A stretch of DNA of 32,000 nucleotides from positions 1,200,001-1,232,000 of the forward strand of contig CP126532.1 of assembly GCA_030167145.1 (NCBI GenBank), in the 5' to 3' direction. The translations under genes and the position numbers were made by a program. Of this stretch, positions 9,114-18,045 are shown piece after piece. Source of the stretch: Ktedonobacterales bacterium. GTDB taxonomy: Bacteria; Chloroflexota; Ktedonobacteria; Ktedonobacterales; JADMIN01. The notes under the pieces were generated by a model. The model did not search any database. It was not told the DNA's origin and was given only the letters and a program-made list of their open reading frames with translations. Within the stretch, counting starts at the first letter, position 1. Each line of letters begins with the position of its first letter.

Positions 9114-9338
9114 ATGCATATGGGTCGCGAGCGCGCTGTGCTCTGCTGGGACATCCATCACACGCTGCTGCACGACGCTATCGCCCGCACGGAGGGGCAA
9201 CTGGCCGCGCAGCAGCCGGTGTCCAGCGCACCCGAACAGGAGGCACAGGCGCACGCCCAGGCTCTCAACGACGAATTAGCCAGCTTGCGCCGCCAACTCC
9301 GCGCGCTCGGACCCTCGCCTCGCGCTAAGATGGGCTGA
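9114..9338 (+). CDS. small hypothetical protein (74 aa), possibly the last gene of the chemosensory operon
   Basis: ATG 37 nt after the kinase stop. High GC3 like neighbouring genes. Predicted helical C-terminus (AQALNDELASLRRQLRAL). No family recognised and the SD is weak. The longer ORF-track version (8976) overlaps the kinase and is unlikely. Confidence 0.4.
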   Translation: MHMGRERAVLCWDIHHTLLHDAIARTEGQLAAQQPVSSAPEQEAQAHAQALNDELASLRRQLRALGPSPRAKMG

Positions 9339-9344
9339 ATGTTG

Positions 9345-10445
9345 CTACCGCGCCCCCGCAATGCGCGCCACCACCTGCGCGCCCATCTCGCGCGTCGAGA
9401 CGACTCTGCCCCGCGCGCCGGCGATGTCGGGCGTGCGATAGCCAGCTGCGATCACCCCGCGCACCGCCGCCTCCACCGCATGCGCTTCATCGGTGAGGCT
9501 GAGCGAGTAACGCAGCAGCAGCGCCGCGCTGAGAATCGCTGCCAGTGGATTCGCCTTGCTCTGGCCTGTGATGTCGGGCGCGGTGCCGTGAATCGGCTCA
9601 TATAGGCCGAACTGCCCGTGCTTTGTCTGCCGCGTGCCCAGGCTTGCCGAGGGCAGCATGCCCATGGACCCCGCCAGCATCGAAGCCTCATCGGTCAGGA
9701 TGTCGCCGAACATATTCTCGGTCACAATCACATCGAAGTCGCGCGGCTGGCGTATCAGCGCCATCGCGCAGGAGTCCACCAGCAGGTGCCGCAGCGTCAC
9801 ATCTGGGTACTCCGCCGCCACCCGGTCGGCCACCCGCCGCCACAGCCGCGAGCAACTCAGCACATTCGCTTTATCCACGGAGGTCAGGCTTTTGCGCCGT
9901 TCGCGCGCTAACTCGAAAGCGTAGTGTACAATGCGCTCGATCTCGGCCTCGGTATACACCATCGTATCCACGGATGATGCACCACCCTCGCCCTCGCGAA
10001 TCTCGCTTGGTTTGCCGTAGTACAACCCACCCGTCAACTCGCGCACCACCAGCATATCCACGCCGCGCAGCGTCTCGCGCTTCAGCGTCGAGGCGCTCAG
10101 CAGTTCGGGCAGGGTCCGCACGGGGCGCAGGTTGGCGAAGAGCGCCAGTTCTTTGCGTAGGCGAAAGAGCGCGTTCTCCGGCTGCGCTTTGGCGTCGGGC
10201 CGACCCACGCCTGCCCCGCCGACCGCGCCGAAGAGTACCGCATCGCTTCGCTGGCAGAGCGCCATCGTCTCACTACTGATCGCCTCGCCCTCCGCCTCAA
10301 TCGCCGCCTGCCCCACCAATGCTTCGCGTAGCGTGAAGGTATGCCCAAACCGTGTGCCCACCGCCTGAATCGCTGCCATCGCCTCAGCGGTCACCTCCGG
10401 CCCAATGCCATCACCCCCAAGCACCGCGATGGTAAATGTTCCCAT
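9345..10445 (-). CDS. leuB: 3-isopropylmalate dehydrogenase
   Basis: [47 protein letters not shown] and [28 protein letters not shown] motifs. GGAGGAA lies 9 nt before the ATG. Confidence 0.92.
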   Translation of the reverse strand: MGTFTIAVLGGDGIGPEVTAEAMAAIQAVGTRFGHTFTLREALVGQAAIEAEGEAISSETMALCQRSDAVLFGAVGGAGVGRPDAKAQPENALFRLRKELALFANLRPVRTLPELLSASTLKRETLRGVDMLVVRELTGGLYYGKPSEIREGEGGASSVDTMVYTEAEIERIVHYAFELARERRKSLTSVDKANVLSCSRLWRRVADRVAAEYPDVTLRHLLVDSCAMALIRQPRDFDVIVTENMFGDILTDEASMLAGSMGMLPSASLGTRQTKHGQFGLYEPIHGTAPDITGQSKANPLAAILSAALLLRYSLSLTDEAHAVEAAVRGVIAAGYRTPDIAGARGRVVSTREMGAQVVARIAGAR

Positions 10446-10488
10446 TCTATCCAGTTCCTCCGCAAGTATTCAGCGTTCCGCGCCTGCC

Positions 10489-10517
10489 ACTATACGCCGC
10501 AGCGGTCCGTCCGTCAA
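10489..10517 (-). promoter_or_regulatory. sigma70-type promoter candidate for leuB
   Basis: Minus strand: TTGACG (10517-10512), 17-nt spacer, TATAGT (10494-10489). This leaves a leader of about 35-40 nt, too short for a riboswitch or T-box. Confidence 0.5.
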
Positions 10518-10569
10518 GCGCACGCCTGCCCTCGAGACGTATGCTCCCCGGAAAACTGTCCCATCATCC

Positions 10570-10599
10570 TTGACACCTCTGCCGCAACGCCGGTACAGT
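10570..10599 (+). promoter_or_regulatory. sigma70-type promoter candidate for the 10667 gene
   Basis: TTGACA (10570-10575), 18-nt spacer, TACAGT (10594-10599). Divergent from the leuB promoter. Confidence 0.35.
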
Positions 10600-10666
10600 A
10601 CCCTTGCGGCGCGCGGCTCACGCAGGGCGTGCGCCGAGTACCGATGGCTGGGAGGAGACACCGGAC

Positions 10667-11440
10667 ATGCTCGACCGCGTTCGGCAGAAGGCGCTGGCCG
10701 CGGCGAAGAGCCGCCGCGCAAGCCAGGAAGAATTGAAGGAAGCTCCGCAACGTGTGAAGGAAATCGAGCGCGAGCTTCTGCAAATGCAGCTTCAGCCAGA
10801 GACCAAGCACGGTGAAGATCGTGCGCAACGCTATAGCCGTCTGCTACGGCTGCGCAATATGCGCCAGCGATTCACCGAACGCCGCCCGCTCGACACCTCC
10901 GACCAACCTAATGGCATCATCCTGGCGGTGGTAATGACTGTCGCGTCATTCATGATCTGCGCCTTCTGCGCAGTCGGCTCCTACGTCGGCGTCCAATATT
11001 TGCACCAGAAACCTGATCCTGTCGCCGCCGCCAGCGCCTTCTGGGTGAACATGGAATCGCGCTCGTATGGTGAGGTTCGCTCTAGCTACCTCTCGCCTAC
11101 CCTGCGCGTCCAGTATGACCAGAACTCCTTTCAGCAACTGGCGCAACAGGCCGATACCGATTACGGCCCCGTGACCAATGCCGTGCTTTTCAAGCAAGCT
11201 GGCGACATGACACAGACCGCGATTCTGACTTATCAGGTCACACGCAACAAAACCTACAACGCCACGCTGACGCTCGTATTGCATGGGGGCGTCTGGGGTG
11301 TAGATGACCTTGGCGCGGTCTTCGATCCCTCACAGGCTGGTCTTCCTGCGCCCACACCTTCGCCATCGCCCACTGGCCCGCCGACGCCAACCGATGTGCC
11401 TACTGTCACGCCGTTGCCCACCGCGACAACAGGCGGCTAG
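10667..11440 (+). CDS. hypothetical single-pass membrane protein with a small extracytoplasmic domain and a Pro/Thr-rich tail
   Basis: ATG preceded by GGAGGAG (10651-10657). The ORF-track TTG at 10604 is less likely. Charged helical N-terminus, one TM helix (IILAVVMTVASFMICAFCAVGSYVGV), a domain of about 110 aa, then PAPTPSPSPTGPPTPTDVPTVTPLPTATT. Confidence 0.7.
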   Translation: MLDRVRQKALAAAKSRRASQEELKEAPQRVKEIERELLQMQLQPETKHGEDRAQRYSRLLRLRNMRQRFTERRPLDTSDQPNGIILAVVMTVASFMICAFCAVGSYVGVQYLHQKPDPVAAASAFWVNMESRSYGEVRSSYLSPTLRVQYDQNSFQQLAQQADTDYGPVTNAVLFKQAGDMTQTAILTYQVTRNKTYNATLTLVLHGGVWGVDDLGAVFDPSQAGLPAPTPSPSPTGPPTPTDVPTVTPLPTATTGG

Positions 11441-11473
11441 TTCGCTCATCGCACAACCACATATTATCTCGAT

Positions 11474-11510
11474 CCCCCAGAGGCCACATAGCCGCCTGGG
11501 GGACTTTTCT
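11474..11510 (+). terminator. rho-independent terminator candidate
   Basis: CCCCCAG (11474-11480) pairs with CTGGGGG (11496-11502), with inner GGC/GCC pairs. It is followed by ACTTTTCTTGTG. Confidence 0.6.
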
Positions 11511-11591
11511 TGTGCTCTTCTTGGCATGAGAATTGTATAGAAAGGAGGAAGAGGCGGCCTCTCGCCGCCCCTCGCACACAAGGAATGCAGG

Positions 11592-12017
11592 TTGCCCTCT
11601 ATGCTCAGTACCGCACCTTCGCAGCACGCCAGCAATGTCGAGCCGCGCCCTTTCGTCGTCACTCGCGCGCTACCACAGGGCGCAACACACGTCAGCGCTC
11701 ACATCCGCCGTGACACCACACTGTTCACCCTGTTGGCGCTCTTCGCCGTGCTCAACATCGGCGATCTTGTCAGCACCTTCGTTGGCATCCAGGGCGGCAT
11801 GCGCGAAGGCAACCCGCTGATGAGCGCACTACTCACGCACTATGGCTTCGGTGCGCTGATCGTCTACAAGGCGCTGGTGATCGTCGCGGTGACGGTGGGC
11901 ATATCTATGCTGCGTAACCTGCATGCGCTCGCCGCGTTGATCACCCTGTGGGTCTGCAACCTGCTGGTCTTCTTCGTCGTCGTGATGAACGTTGTGCAAT
12001 TCAACGCGATCCGCTAA
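11592..12017 (+). CDS. small multi-pass membrane protein, DUF5658-like
   Basis: TM helices with an EGNPLM motif between TM1 and TM2, as I recall for the DUF5658 family (unverified). The start is TTG 11592 (AGGA 7 nt upstream) or ATG 11601. Confidence 0.6.
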   Translation: MPSMLSTAPSQHASNVEPRPFVVTRALPQGATHVSAHIRRDTTLFTLLALFAVLNIGDLVSTFVGIQGGMREGNPLMSALLTHYGFGALIVYKALVIVAVTVGISMLRNLHALAALITLWVCNLLVFFVVVMNVVQFNAIR

Positions 12018-12031
12018 GGTTCAGTTGCAGG

Positions 12032-13408
12032 TTACATGACTGGACCAACACTCGTAGGCCCGCTCGCCGTGATACGTCCGCGTCGCGGTACACGAAATGG
12101 CGCGAACATCGAGAGTAGCGCGGGTGGCAGCGCCCCCTCGATGCGCGTGCCCTCTGGTTCCTGGCGCTCGACCACAACATGCCCGCGCTGATGGAAGATC
12201 GCCACCAGGTCGCCGCGCTCGAACGGTACCAGCACTCGCACAGGCGACATTCCCTCTGCGATCACCTCGCCGATGCGCCGCAGTAGCTCCGGCACACCCT
12301 GCCCCGTTAGCGCCGAGACCGGCGTCGCATTCGGGAAGATCGTCGTATCCACCTCGCCGGGACGTGCCAGCGCATCTATCTTGTTCAGCGCCGTCACCCG
12401 TGGCTTTTCGTCCGTGCCCAGTTCGGCCAGCACTGCGTTCACCGTCTCGCTCTGCTCGATGGCGTTCTCGTGAGTAATGTCTACCACCTCAAGCAAAATA
12501 TCCGCCTCGATTACTTCTTCTAGCGTCGCGCGGAACGCCGCTACCAAACTTGTCGGCAGCTTCTGGATAAATCCTACGGTGTCTGTCACCAGCACCTCTT
12601 GATGTGTCGGCAGTGTGATGTGCCGCGTGGTGGGATCCAGCGTCGCAAAGAGCTTATGTTCTGCGAGTACGCCCGCTGACGTAAGCGTATTGAAGAGCGT
12701 GGATTTGCCCGCATTGGTATAGCCGACGATAGCCACCACTGGAATCGCCTTCGCGCTCCGCTGGCGGCGGAGAATGCCGCGCTGCTGGCGCACCACGTCC
12801 AGATCGCGCTTCAGTTCCGCGATTCGGGTACGGATGCGCCGCCGATCCATCTCCAGTTTGGTCTCACCCGGACCGCGCACGCCTATAGCACCGCCAGTGC
12901 CGCCGGTCGCCCCGCGCGAACCGCCGCCCACACGTGACATCGCGTGTCCTCGTCCCGTCAGCCGGGGCAGCCGGTATTCGAGTTGCGCAAGTTCTACTTG
13001 TAGCTGGCCCTCACGGGTATGTGCATGCTGAGCAAAAATATCGAGAATCAGCGCCGTCCGGTCAATCACCCGCGCGCCGGTTATCTCTTCCAGATTGCGC
13101 TGTTGCGCGGGAGTCAGTTCGTCATCGAGAATCACCAGATCGAAGTCGAGCTGATCGCGTAGCTGCGCTAACTCGTTGGCGCGTCCCTTGCCCAGATACG
13201 TTGCTGGATCGGGTGTACGTAGCCGCTGTGACATCGTCCCCACCACTTCGGCCCCTGCCGTGCGCGCCAGCGACGCCAACTCACTCAGCGAGTCTTCTAC
13301 ACTCCAGAGCGCATCCGCGCTGGACTGCTCGACGGCGGCCAGAAATGCTCGCTCCACCTGATTCGCCGGAGTAATGTAGAGAAATCGTCCGTTCTTTGCC
13401 GTAAGCAC
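12032..13408 (-). CDS. hflX: GTPase HflX
   Basis: HflX N-domain (LSELASLARTAGAEVVG...GKGRANEL). G1 VAIVGYTNAGKSTLFN, G3 DTVGFI, then QKLPTSLVAAFRATLEEV, and NKID. GTG start. Confidence 0.9.
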   Translation of the reverse strand: MLTAKNGRFLYITPANQVERAFLAAVEQSSADALWSVEDSLSELASLARTAGAEVVGTMSQRLRTPDPATYLGKGRANELAQLRDQLDFDLVILDDELTPAQQRNLEEITGARVIDRTALILDIFAQHAHTREGQLQVELAQLEYRLPRLTGRGHAMSRVGGGSRGATGGTGGAIGVRGPGETKLEMDRRRIRTRIAELKRDLDVVRQQRGILRRQRSAKAIPVVAIVGYTNAGKSTLFNTLTSAGVLAEHKLFATLDPTTRHITLPTHQEVLVTDTVGFIQKLPTSLVAAFRATLEEVIEADILLEVVDITHENAIEQSETVNAVLAELGTDEKPRVTALNKIDALARPGEVDTTIFPNATPVSALTGQGVPELLRRIGEVIAEGMSPVRVLVPFERGDLVAIFHQRGHVVVERQEPEGTRIEGALPPALLSMFAPFRVPRRGRITASGPTSVGPVM

Positions 13409-13623
13409 TGCCTCCCTCTATGCATGTATGTGAACCGATGGCGAGCATTGTATCATCGGCACGCATCCGCCGCCACGGCCACTGCAAGCGCGCATGGCAC
13501 ATCAGCGGGAAATCTGCCAGCGAGAAACCGCCACTCCGGCTCCGTGCGTGCCGAGGGTACGAGGAGCGCGAGCAGCCGCCCGCGTCGCGTATCGGAAACG
13601 CGCGCTCGTCGCGGCGCTCGCAG

Positions 13624-13653
13624 TTGACGCCCGCCCGCCGCTCGTGATATGAT
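13624..13653 (+). promoter_or_regulatory. sigma70-type promoter candidate for tRNA-Val
   Basis: TTGACG (13624-13629), 18-nt spacer containing an extended TG (13645-13646), TATGAT (13648-13653). The tRNA starts 25 nt downstream. Confidence 0.5.
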
Positions 13654-13677
13654 TCCTGAGCCGCACATGCCGCAGAC

Positions 13678-13753
13678 GGGTGGTTAGCTCAGCCGGCAGA
13701 GCGCGTCGTTCACACCGACGAGGTCACTGGTTCGAGTCCAGTACCACCCACCA
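13678..13753 (+). tRNA. tRNA-Val (anticodon CAC), CCA encoded
   Basis: Hand-folded cloverleaf. Acceptor GGGTGGT/ACCACCC. D arm GCTC-AGCCGGCA-GAGC. Anticodon arm CGTCG-TTCACAC-CGACG. Variable AGGTC. T arm ACTGG-TTCGAGT-CCAGT. Discriminator A plus CCA. Confidence 0.93.
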
Positions 13754-13758
13754 ATGCA

Positions 13759-13810
13759 CCCCCGCTACTTGCGTTGTCTTACGCACGACTGGCGGGGGAT
13801 TCTTTATTTG
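13759..13810 (+). terminator. rho-independent terminator candidate after tRNA-Val
   Basis: CCCCCGC (13759-13765) pairs with GCGGGGG (13792-13798), with an inner GCGT/ACGC pairing. It is followed by ATTCTTTATTTG. Confidence 0.55.
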
Positions 13811-13819
13811 CGGCTTTCC

Positions 13820-13840
13820 GGGGCGTCCGGCGGACGCCCC
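13820..13840. repeat. 21-nt palindromic hairpin repeat, family 1, copy 1
   Basis: GGGGCGTCCGGCGGACGCCCC (9-bp stem, 3-nt loop). Identical to 18046-18066. Confidence 0.85.
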
Positions 13841-14024
13841 TACTGTTGCTGGACGCGCTTTCGAACAGCGTGCTCGCGAGCGGTAATTCGTCACACAACG
13901 CGCCCCGGCGGGTCATATCCCGTCGCACTGACGGGCTGGATGCGCTATACTGGCGGCAACGCAGCCATACACAGGCTGGCCCCCACCATGCGGCCAGTCT
14001 CCCACGACAAGCACAGGACCAACA

Positions 14025-17000
14025 ATGACTGACCCAACCCATCTGCTGCTCGTTTCCCACACCCATTGGGACCGCGAGTGGTATCAGACCTTTCAGCAAT
14101 TCCGCATGCGTTTGGTCCGCACCGTAGACAAAGCGCTCGACGCTCTCGAAACCGACCCTGACTTCTCCTACTTCACTCTTGACGGCCAGACCATCGTCCT
14201 CGAAGACTATCTCGAAGTGCGCCCCGAAAATGCCGGGAGACTACGCGCGCTCGCCCAACAGGGACGTCTGCTCGTCGGGCCGTGGTATCTCCAGCCCGAC
14301 GAATACCTCGTTGGCGGTGAGTCGCTGATCCGCAACCTCCAACTTGGGCAGCGCATGGCAGCGCCGTATGGAGGCGCGATGTCTGTGGGCTATGTACCCG
14401 ACACCTTCGGCCATATCGCCCAATTGCCACAGATTCTGCGCGGATTCGGCATTGATAACGCCATCTTCTGGCGCGGCGTTGGCCCTGAGGTCGAACGTGG
14501 CGCGTTTCGCTGGGCCGCGCCGGATGGCAGCGATGTGCTCGTCATCTGGCTCTACGACCAGTTCGGCTATTCCAATGCCGCCGTGCTCCCGCTCGATGCT
14601 ACCGCCCTCACCGCACGCCTCACTACTATCGCCGAACGCATGCGCCCCCGCGCCGTTACCGATACCGTGCTGCTGATGAACGGATCGGATCACCAGGAGC
14701 CGCAGAGCGGCCTGCCTGCCGTGCTTGCGGAGGTTGCCCCGCGCCTACGTGAACATGGGCTAGACCTGCGTATTGGCACCCTGCCACAGTACGTCGCGCA
14801 TTTGCGCGCCGCCGATCTCAGGCTGCCCACCCTCAGCGGCGAGATGCGCAGTGGCCACACCGCACACCTGCTGCCCGGAGTCCTCTCTACTCGCATGTGG
14901 CTCAAACAGCGCAACGCCGCTGGTGAAGCGCTGCTCACGCGTTGGGCTGAGCCAGCCACCGCCTGGGCCGCGCTCTATGGCGCGCCCTACCCCGCCGCGC
15001 TGCTGGCCCTCGCCTGGAAGTTCCTGTTGCATAACCATCCGCACGATAGCATCTGCGGCTGCGGCATTGACGAGGTGCATGCCGAAATGCTGCCGCGCTT
15101 CGCTCAGAGCGAACAAATCGCCGAAGAACTGACCACCCAGGCGCTGAGCCATCTCGCCGCTCAGGCAGATACGTGTGGCGAGCCGCGCGCAGTACCTGTC
15201 GTCGTCTTTAATCCCGCGCCTGGCCCGCGCACCGAAGTCGTGCGGTGTGAGGCGCGTGTGCTGTTCTCGCATCTCGAAGTGGTAGACCCTGACGGCAACC
15301 GTATTCCGCATCAGGTGCGCGCCTCAAACGGTACGGAACTGCTCAATCAACAGGCCGACAAGCAGCTTGCCATCGCAATGATGGGCATGCTCTCCGATGG
15401 CCGTGCGCTTGGCTACGCAATTCTGGACGGGCATCTCTCACTCGGCGAGACCCCGGGAGTCCTCCGCCTGGATCTCGTCGTCGCCGAAAACGGCGAGCCA
15501 GATGTCGCGCGGGCCGACGCCATCAAGGCACGCATCCTGGAGCTTGCCCTGCGCGATGACATCACTACCGTCCATGTGGTCGCCCGCGAAGCTCCCAAGA
15601 CCGAACTGCTGCTGCTGGCGCGTGATCTGCCGAGCTATGGGGGGCGCGTCTTCTTTCTGCGACCCGTCACGGACGCGCTGTTGCACGCCTCGTCAGCCTC
15701 CGCGCAGTCATACGACGTTGCGCCTGGGGAGGAGCTACGTATCGGCTCCCATACACTGGAAAACGCACACCTGCGCGTCACCATTGACCCCACCGGTGGC
15801 ACGTTTACCTTGCACGACAAACACACTGGCGTGGAATACCCTGGCCTCAACGCTGTGGAAGATAGCGGCGATGTTGGTGACCTCTACAACTACAGTCCGC
15901 CCGCTCGCAACCTGCTGATTACCGCGCCCGCGTGGCCGCCCAGCGTCGAGTTAGTGGAACCTGGCCCCGCCCGCGCGACACTCCGCGTCCAGCGCACGTA
16001 TCTGCTCCCAGCCGCATGCGCCCCCGACCGCCAGTCGCGCGCGGGTGAGCAGATCACCTGCCTCGTTACCTCGGACATTTCGCTCACCCCGGCGGCGCGG
16101 CGGGTCGAGATTCGCACCACGGTTGAGAATACCTCACGCGACCACCGGTTGCGTATGCTTTTCCCTGTGCCATTCGTCGCGGAACACGCCGATGCCGAAG
16201 ATGCGTTCGCGGTCACGCGGCGGCCCGCGCAGGTGCCCGGCTCTGCCCCTGGCGAGTGGGATGCGACCGTTTCGTTTGAGCAGCCAGTCAACACCCAGCC
16301 ACAGAAACGTTTTGTAGATGTCAGTGACGGGACCCACGGGCTGGCCGTCTTGAATCGCGGACTGCCGGAATACGAAGTGCTGCTCGCACCGAACGGCACT
16401 GGCAGCGCCGTTGCCCTGACCCTGCTGAGATGTGTCGAATGGCTCTCGCGCGATGACCTCAGCACACGGCGCGGCCACGCTGGTCCACCCCTGCGCACAC
16501 CCGAAGCCCAGGGGCTAGGCACGCATGTCTTTACCTACGCGCTAGCCCCACATGCGGGCGACTGGCGCGCCGAGGACGCGCTTGCGCTTCAGGAGGCACA
16601 AGCGTTTGAGGCCAGCCCGCGCGCGATGGTCACGATCCAACACCCCGGTCCGCTGGGGAAGCGCTGGAGCTTTGTTCAGGCGACGCCAGCACATGTCGTC
16701 GTCAGCGCCATCAAGCGCGCCAATACCGGCGCCAGTGACGCAGAGAGCGCCGATAGTCCAGCCGACCGCGACACCTTGCTCGTGCGGGTGTACAATCCGT
16801 TGGAGAAGTCCATCACCGCCGAGGTGGTTCTGGCGCTGCCATTCTCTGAGGGCGAGGTTGTCGCCCTGGATGACCAGCGCATCCTCGCGGAGGAAACGTC
16901 GCGGCTGGCACGTATCTTGAATACCGGCGTAGAGAGCCAATTGCGCGCCGGAGAGATACAAACTCTGCGGTTTCGCATCACGCCACCCGGTCCCAAATAG
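14025..17000 (+). CDS. glycoside hydrolase family 38 (alpha-mannosidase / mannosylglycerate-hydrolase-like), cytoplasmic
   Basis: GH38 N-terminal signature LLLVSHTHWDREWYQTF, VGPWYLQPDEYLVGGESLIRNL and GYVPDTFGH. 991 aa with no signal peptide. Confidence 0.85.
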   Translation: MTDPTHLLLVSHTHWDREWYQTFQQFRMRLVRTVDKALDALETDPDFSYFTLDGQTIVLEDYLEVRPENAGRLRALAQQGRLLVGPWYLQPDEYLVGGESLIRNLQLGQRMAAPYGGAMSVGYVPDTFGHIAQLPQILRGFGIDNAIFWRGVGPEVERGAFRWAAPDGSDVLVIWLYDQFGYSNAAVLPLDATALTARLTTIAERMRPRAVTDTVLLMNGSDHQEPQSGLPAVLAEVAPRLREHGLDLRIGTLPQYVAHLRAADLRLPTLSGEMRSGHTAHLLPGVLSTRMWLKQRNAAGEALLTRWAEPATAWAALYGAPYPAALLALAWKFLLHNHPHDSICGCGIDEVHAEMLPRFAQSEQIAEELTTQALSHLAAQADTCGEPRAVPVVVFNPAPGPRTEVVRCEARVLFSHLEVVDPDGNRIPHQVRASNGTELLNQQADKQLAIAMMGMLSDGRALGYAILDGHLSLGETPGVLRLDLVVAENGEPDVARADAIKARILELALRDDITTVHVVAREAPKTELLLLARDLPSYGGRVFFLRPVTDALLHASSASAQSYDVAPGEELRIGSHTLENAHLRVTIDPTGGTFTLHDKHTGVEYPGLNAVEDSGDVGDLYNYSPPARNLLITAPAWPPSVELVEPGPARATLRVQRTYLLPAACAPDRQSRAGEQITCLVTSDISLTPAARRVEIRTTVENTSRDHRLRMLFPVPFVAEHADAEDAFAVTRRPAQVPGSAPGEWDATVSFEQPVNTQPQKRFVDVSDGTHGLAVLNRGLPEYEVLLAPNGTGSAVALTLLRCVEWLSRDDLSTRRGHAGPPLRTPEAQGLGTHVFTYALAPHAGDWRAEDALALQEAQAFEASPRAMVTIQHPGPLGKRWSFVQATPAHVVVSAIKRANTGASDAESADSPADRDTLLVRVYNPLEKSITAEVVLALPFSEGEVVALDDQRILAEETSRLARILNTGVESQLRAGEIQTLRFRITPPGPK

Positions 17001-17195
17001 CCCGGTCGGCGTATCTGGTTGAAGAAGACGGGGCATACCTGTTATCCTGATTCAGCGTGCCCGTTTTGGACGATGTAGGACACGCGCGTAGCGCCCACGG
17101 GGGCGCACGATGCACGGCTGGACGTTCGAGTGAGTTTGCGGTGAAGTGGCGCGGCAGGCTGCGCTCTTCGGGCGTCTGAGAGAGGTGGTTATCGA

Positions 17196-17807
17196 GTGAG
17201 TATGTTGCTGCAGCCCATCATCCATCAGGCGCTTGCGGTGGTCGCTGCCGCCAGCCCAACGGTCACGGCGACCGCTAACGCGACCGCGACACTGCCCCCC
17301 GCCCCGGCATCTACCGGAGGTAGCGCGGCAGATAGCCTCAAGGGGCTGCTGTACATTGTCGTCTTCTTCCTGGTGGCTTTTTTGGTGATCTTCTGGCTGG
17401 CACTGGCCTTCTGGACCTGGCGCGACGTGCGCTCGCGCACCCAAGACACCATCTTGCAGATTACCGCGACCCTTCTGGTGGCTGTCTTCAGCCTCGGTGG
17501 CCTGTTCATTTACCTGATCGTCCGCCCGCGCCAGACGCTCGCCGAACTCTATGAACGCCAGCTTGAGGAAGAATCACTCCTCGCTGAAATGACCGAACGC
17601 CAGACGTGCCCCACCTGCCATTATCGCGTAGACGGCGACTTCCAGGTCTGCCCCTCGTGCGGCACCAAGCTCCGTCGGCCCTGCCCGCGCTGCGAGCGGC
17701 TGCTGGAGCTGAAATGGAACGTCTGCCCGTACTGCGGCTACGGCGGCGGCGCAATGGATGGCGGCTCGCGCGCGCCTTCGCGTCAGGGCGCACGTATGGA
17801 GCGTTGA
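17196..17807 (+). CDS. membrane protein with a C-terminal double zinc-ribbon
   Basis: Two TM helices flank a WRDVRSR-type loop (PLD-nuclease-N-like membrane hairpin, recollection only). Then CPTCHYRV..CPSCG and CPRCE..CPYCG. The start is GTG 17196 or ATG 17202. Confidence 0.7.
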   Translation: MSMLLQPIIHQALAVVAAASPTVTATANATATLPPAPASTGGSAADSLKGLLYIVVFFLVAFLVIFWLALAFWTWRDVRSRTQDTILQITATLLVAVFSLGGLFIYLIVRPRQTLAELYERQLEEESLLAEMTERQTCPTCHYRVDGDFQVCPSCGTKLRRPCPRCERLLELKWNVCPYCGYGGGAMDGGSRAPSRQGARMER

Positions 17808-17839
17808 CGCGCTCAGCCCATCACAGAAGCAACGCGAGC

Positions 17840-17877
17840 AGAGGAGACAGCCGGACTGGCTGTCTCCTCTCTGTTTT
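17840..17877 (+). terminator. rho-independent terminator
   Basis: Perfect 13-bp stem AGAGGAGACAGCC (17840-17852) / GGCTGTCTCCTCT (17858-17870) with a 5-nt loop. It is followed by CTGTTTTCGG. Confidence 0.65.
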
Positions 17878-18002
17878 CGGCCATCCACATCTGCGATGCC
17901 CTCTGCATCGGCCCCCGCGCCGTCACATGCCGGATTCCCCGGCCAGTTCGCACCCTTGTGCAACGGGTGACGACGATGAGGTAGAAGTGTGATGTTGAGA
18001 TG

Positions 18003-18040
18003 CCGCGACGCCGCCCATTTGCATGTGGGCGGCGTCGCGG
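18003..18040. terminator. strong hairpin between convergent genes (terminator candidate lacking a U-tract)
   Basis: Perfect 15-bp stem CCGCGACGCCGCCCA (18003-18017) / TGGGCGGCGTCGCGG (18026-18040) with an 8-nt loop. Confidence 0.5.
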
Positions 18041-18045
18041 AGGGA

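Noticed and set aside
13678-17195. tRNA-Val as an integration site for a genomic island
   Set aside because: There is no integrase gene. I could find no direct repeat of the tRNA 3' end downstream. The adjacent genes look like ordinary chromosomal genes with the same GC-rich composition.
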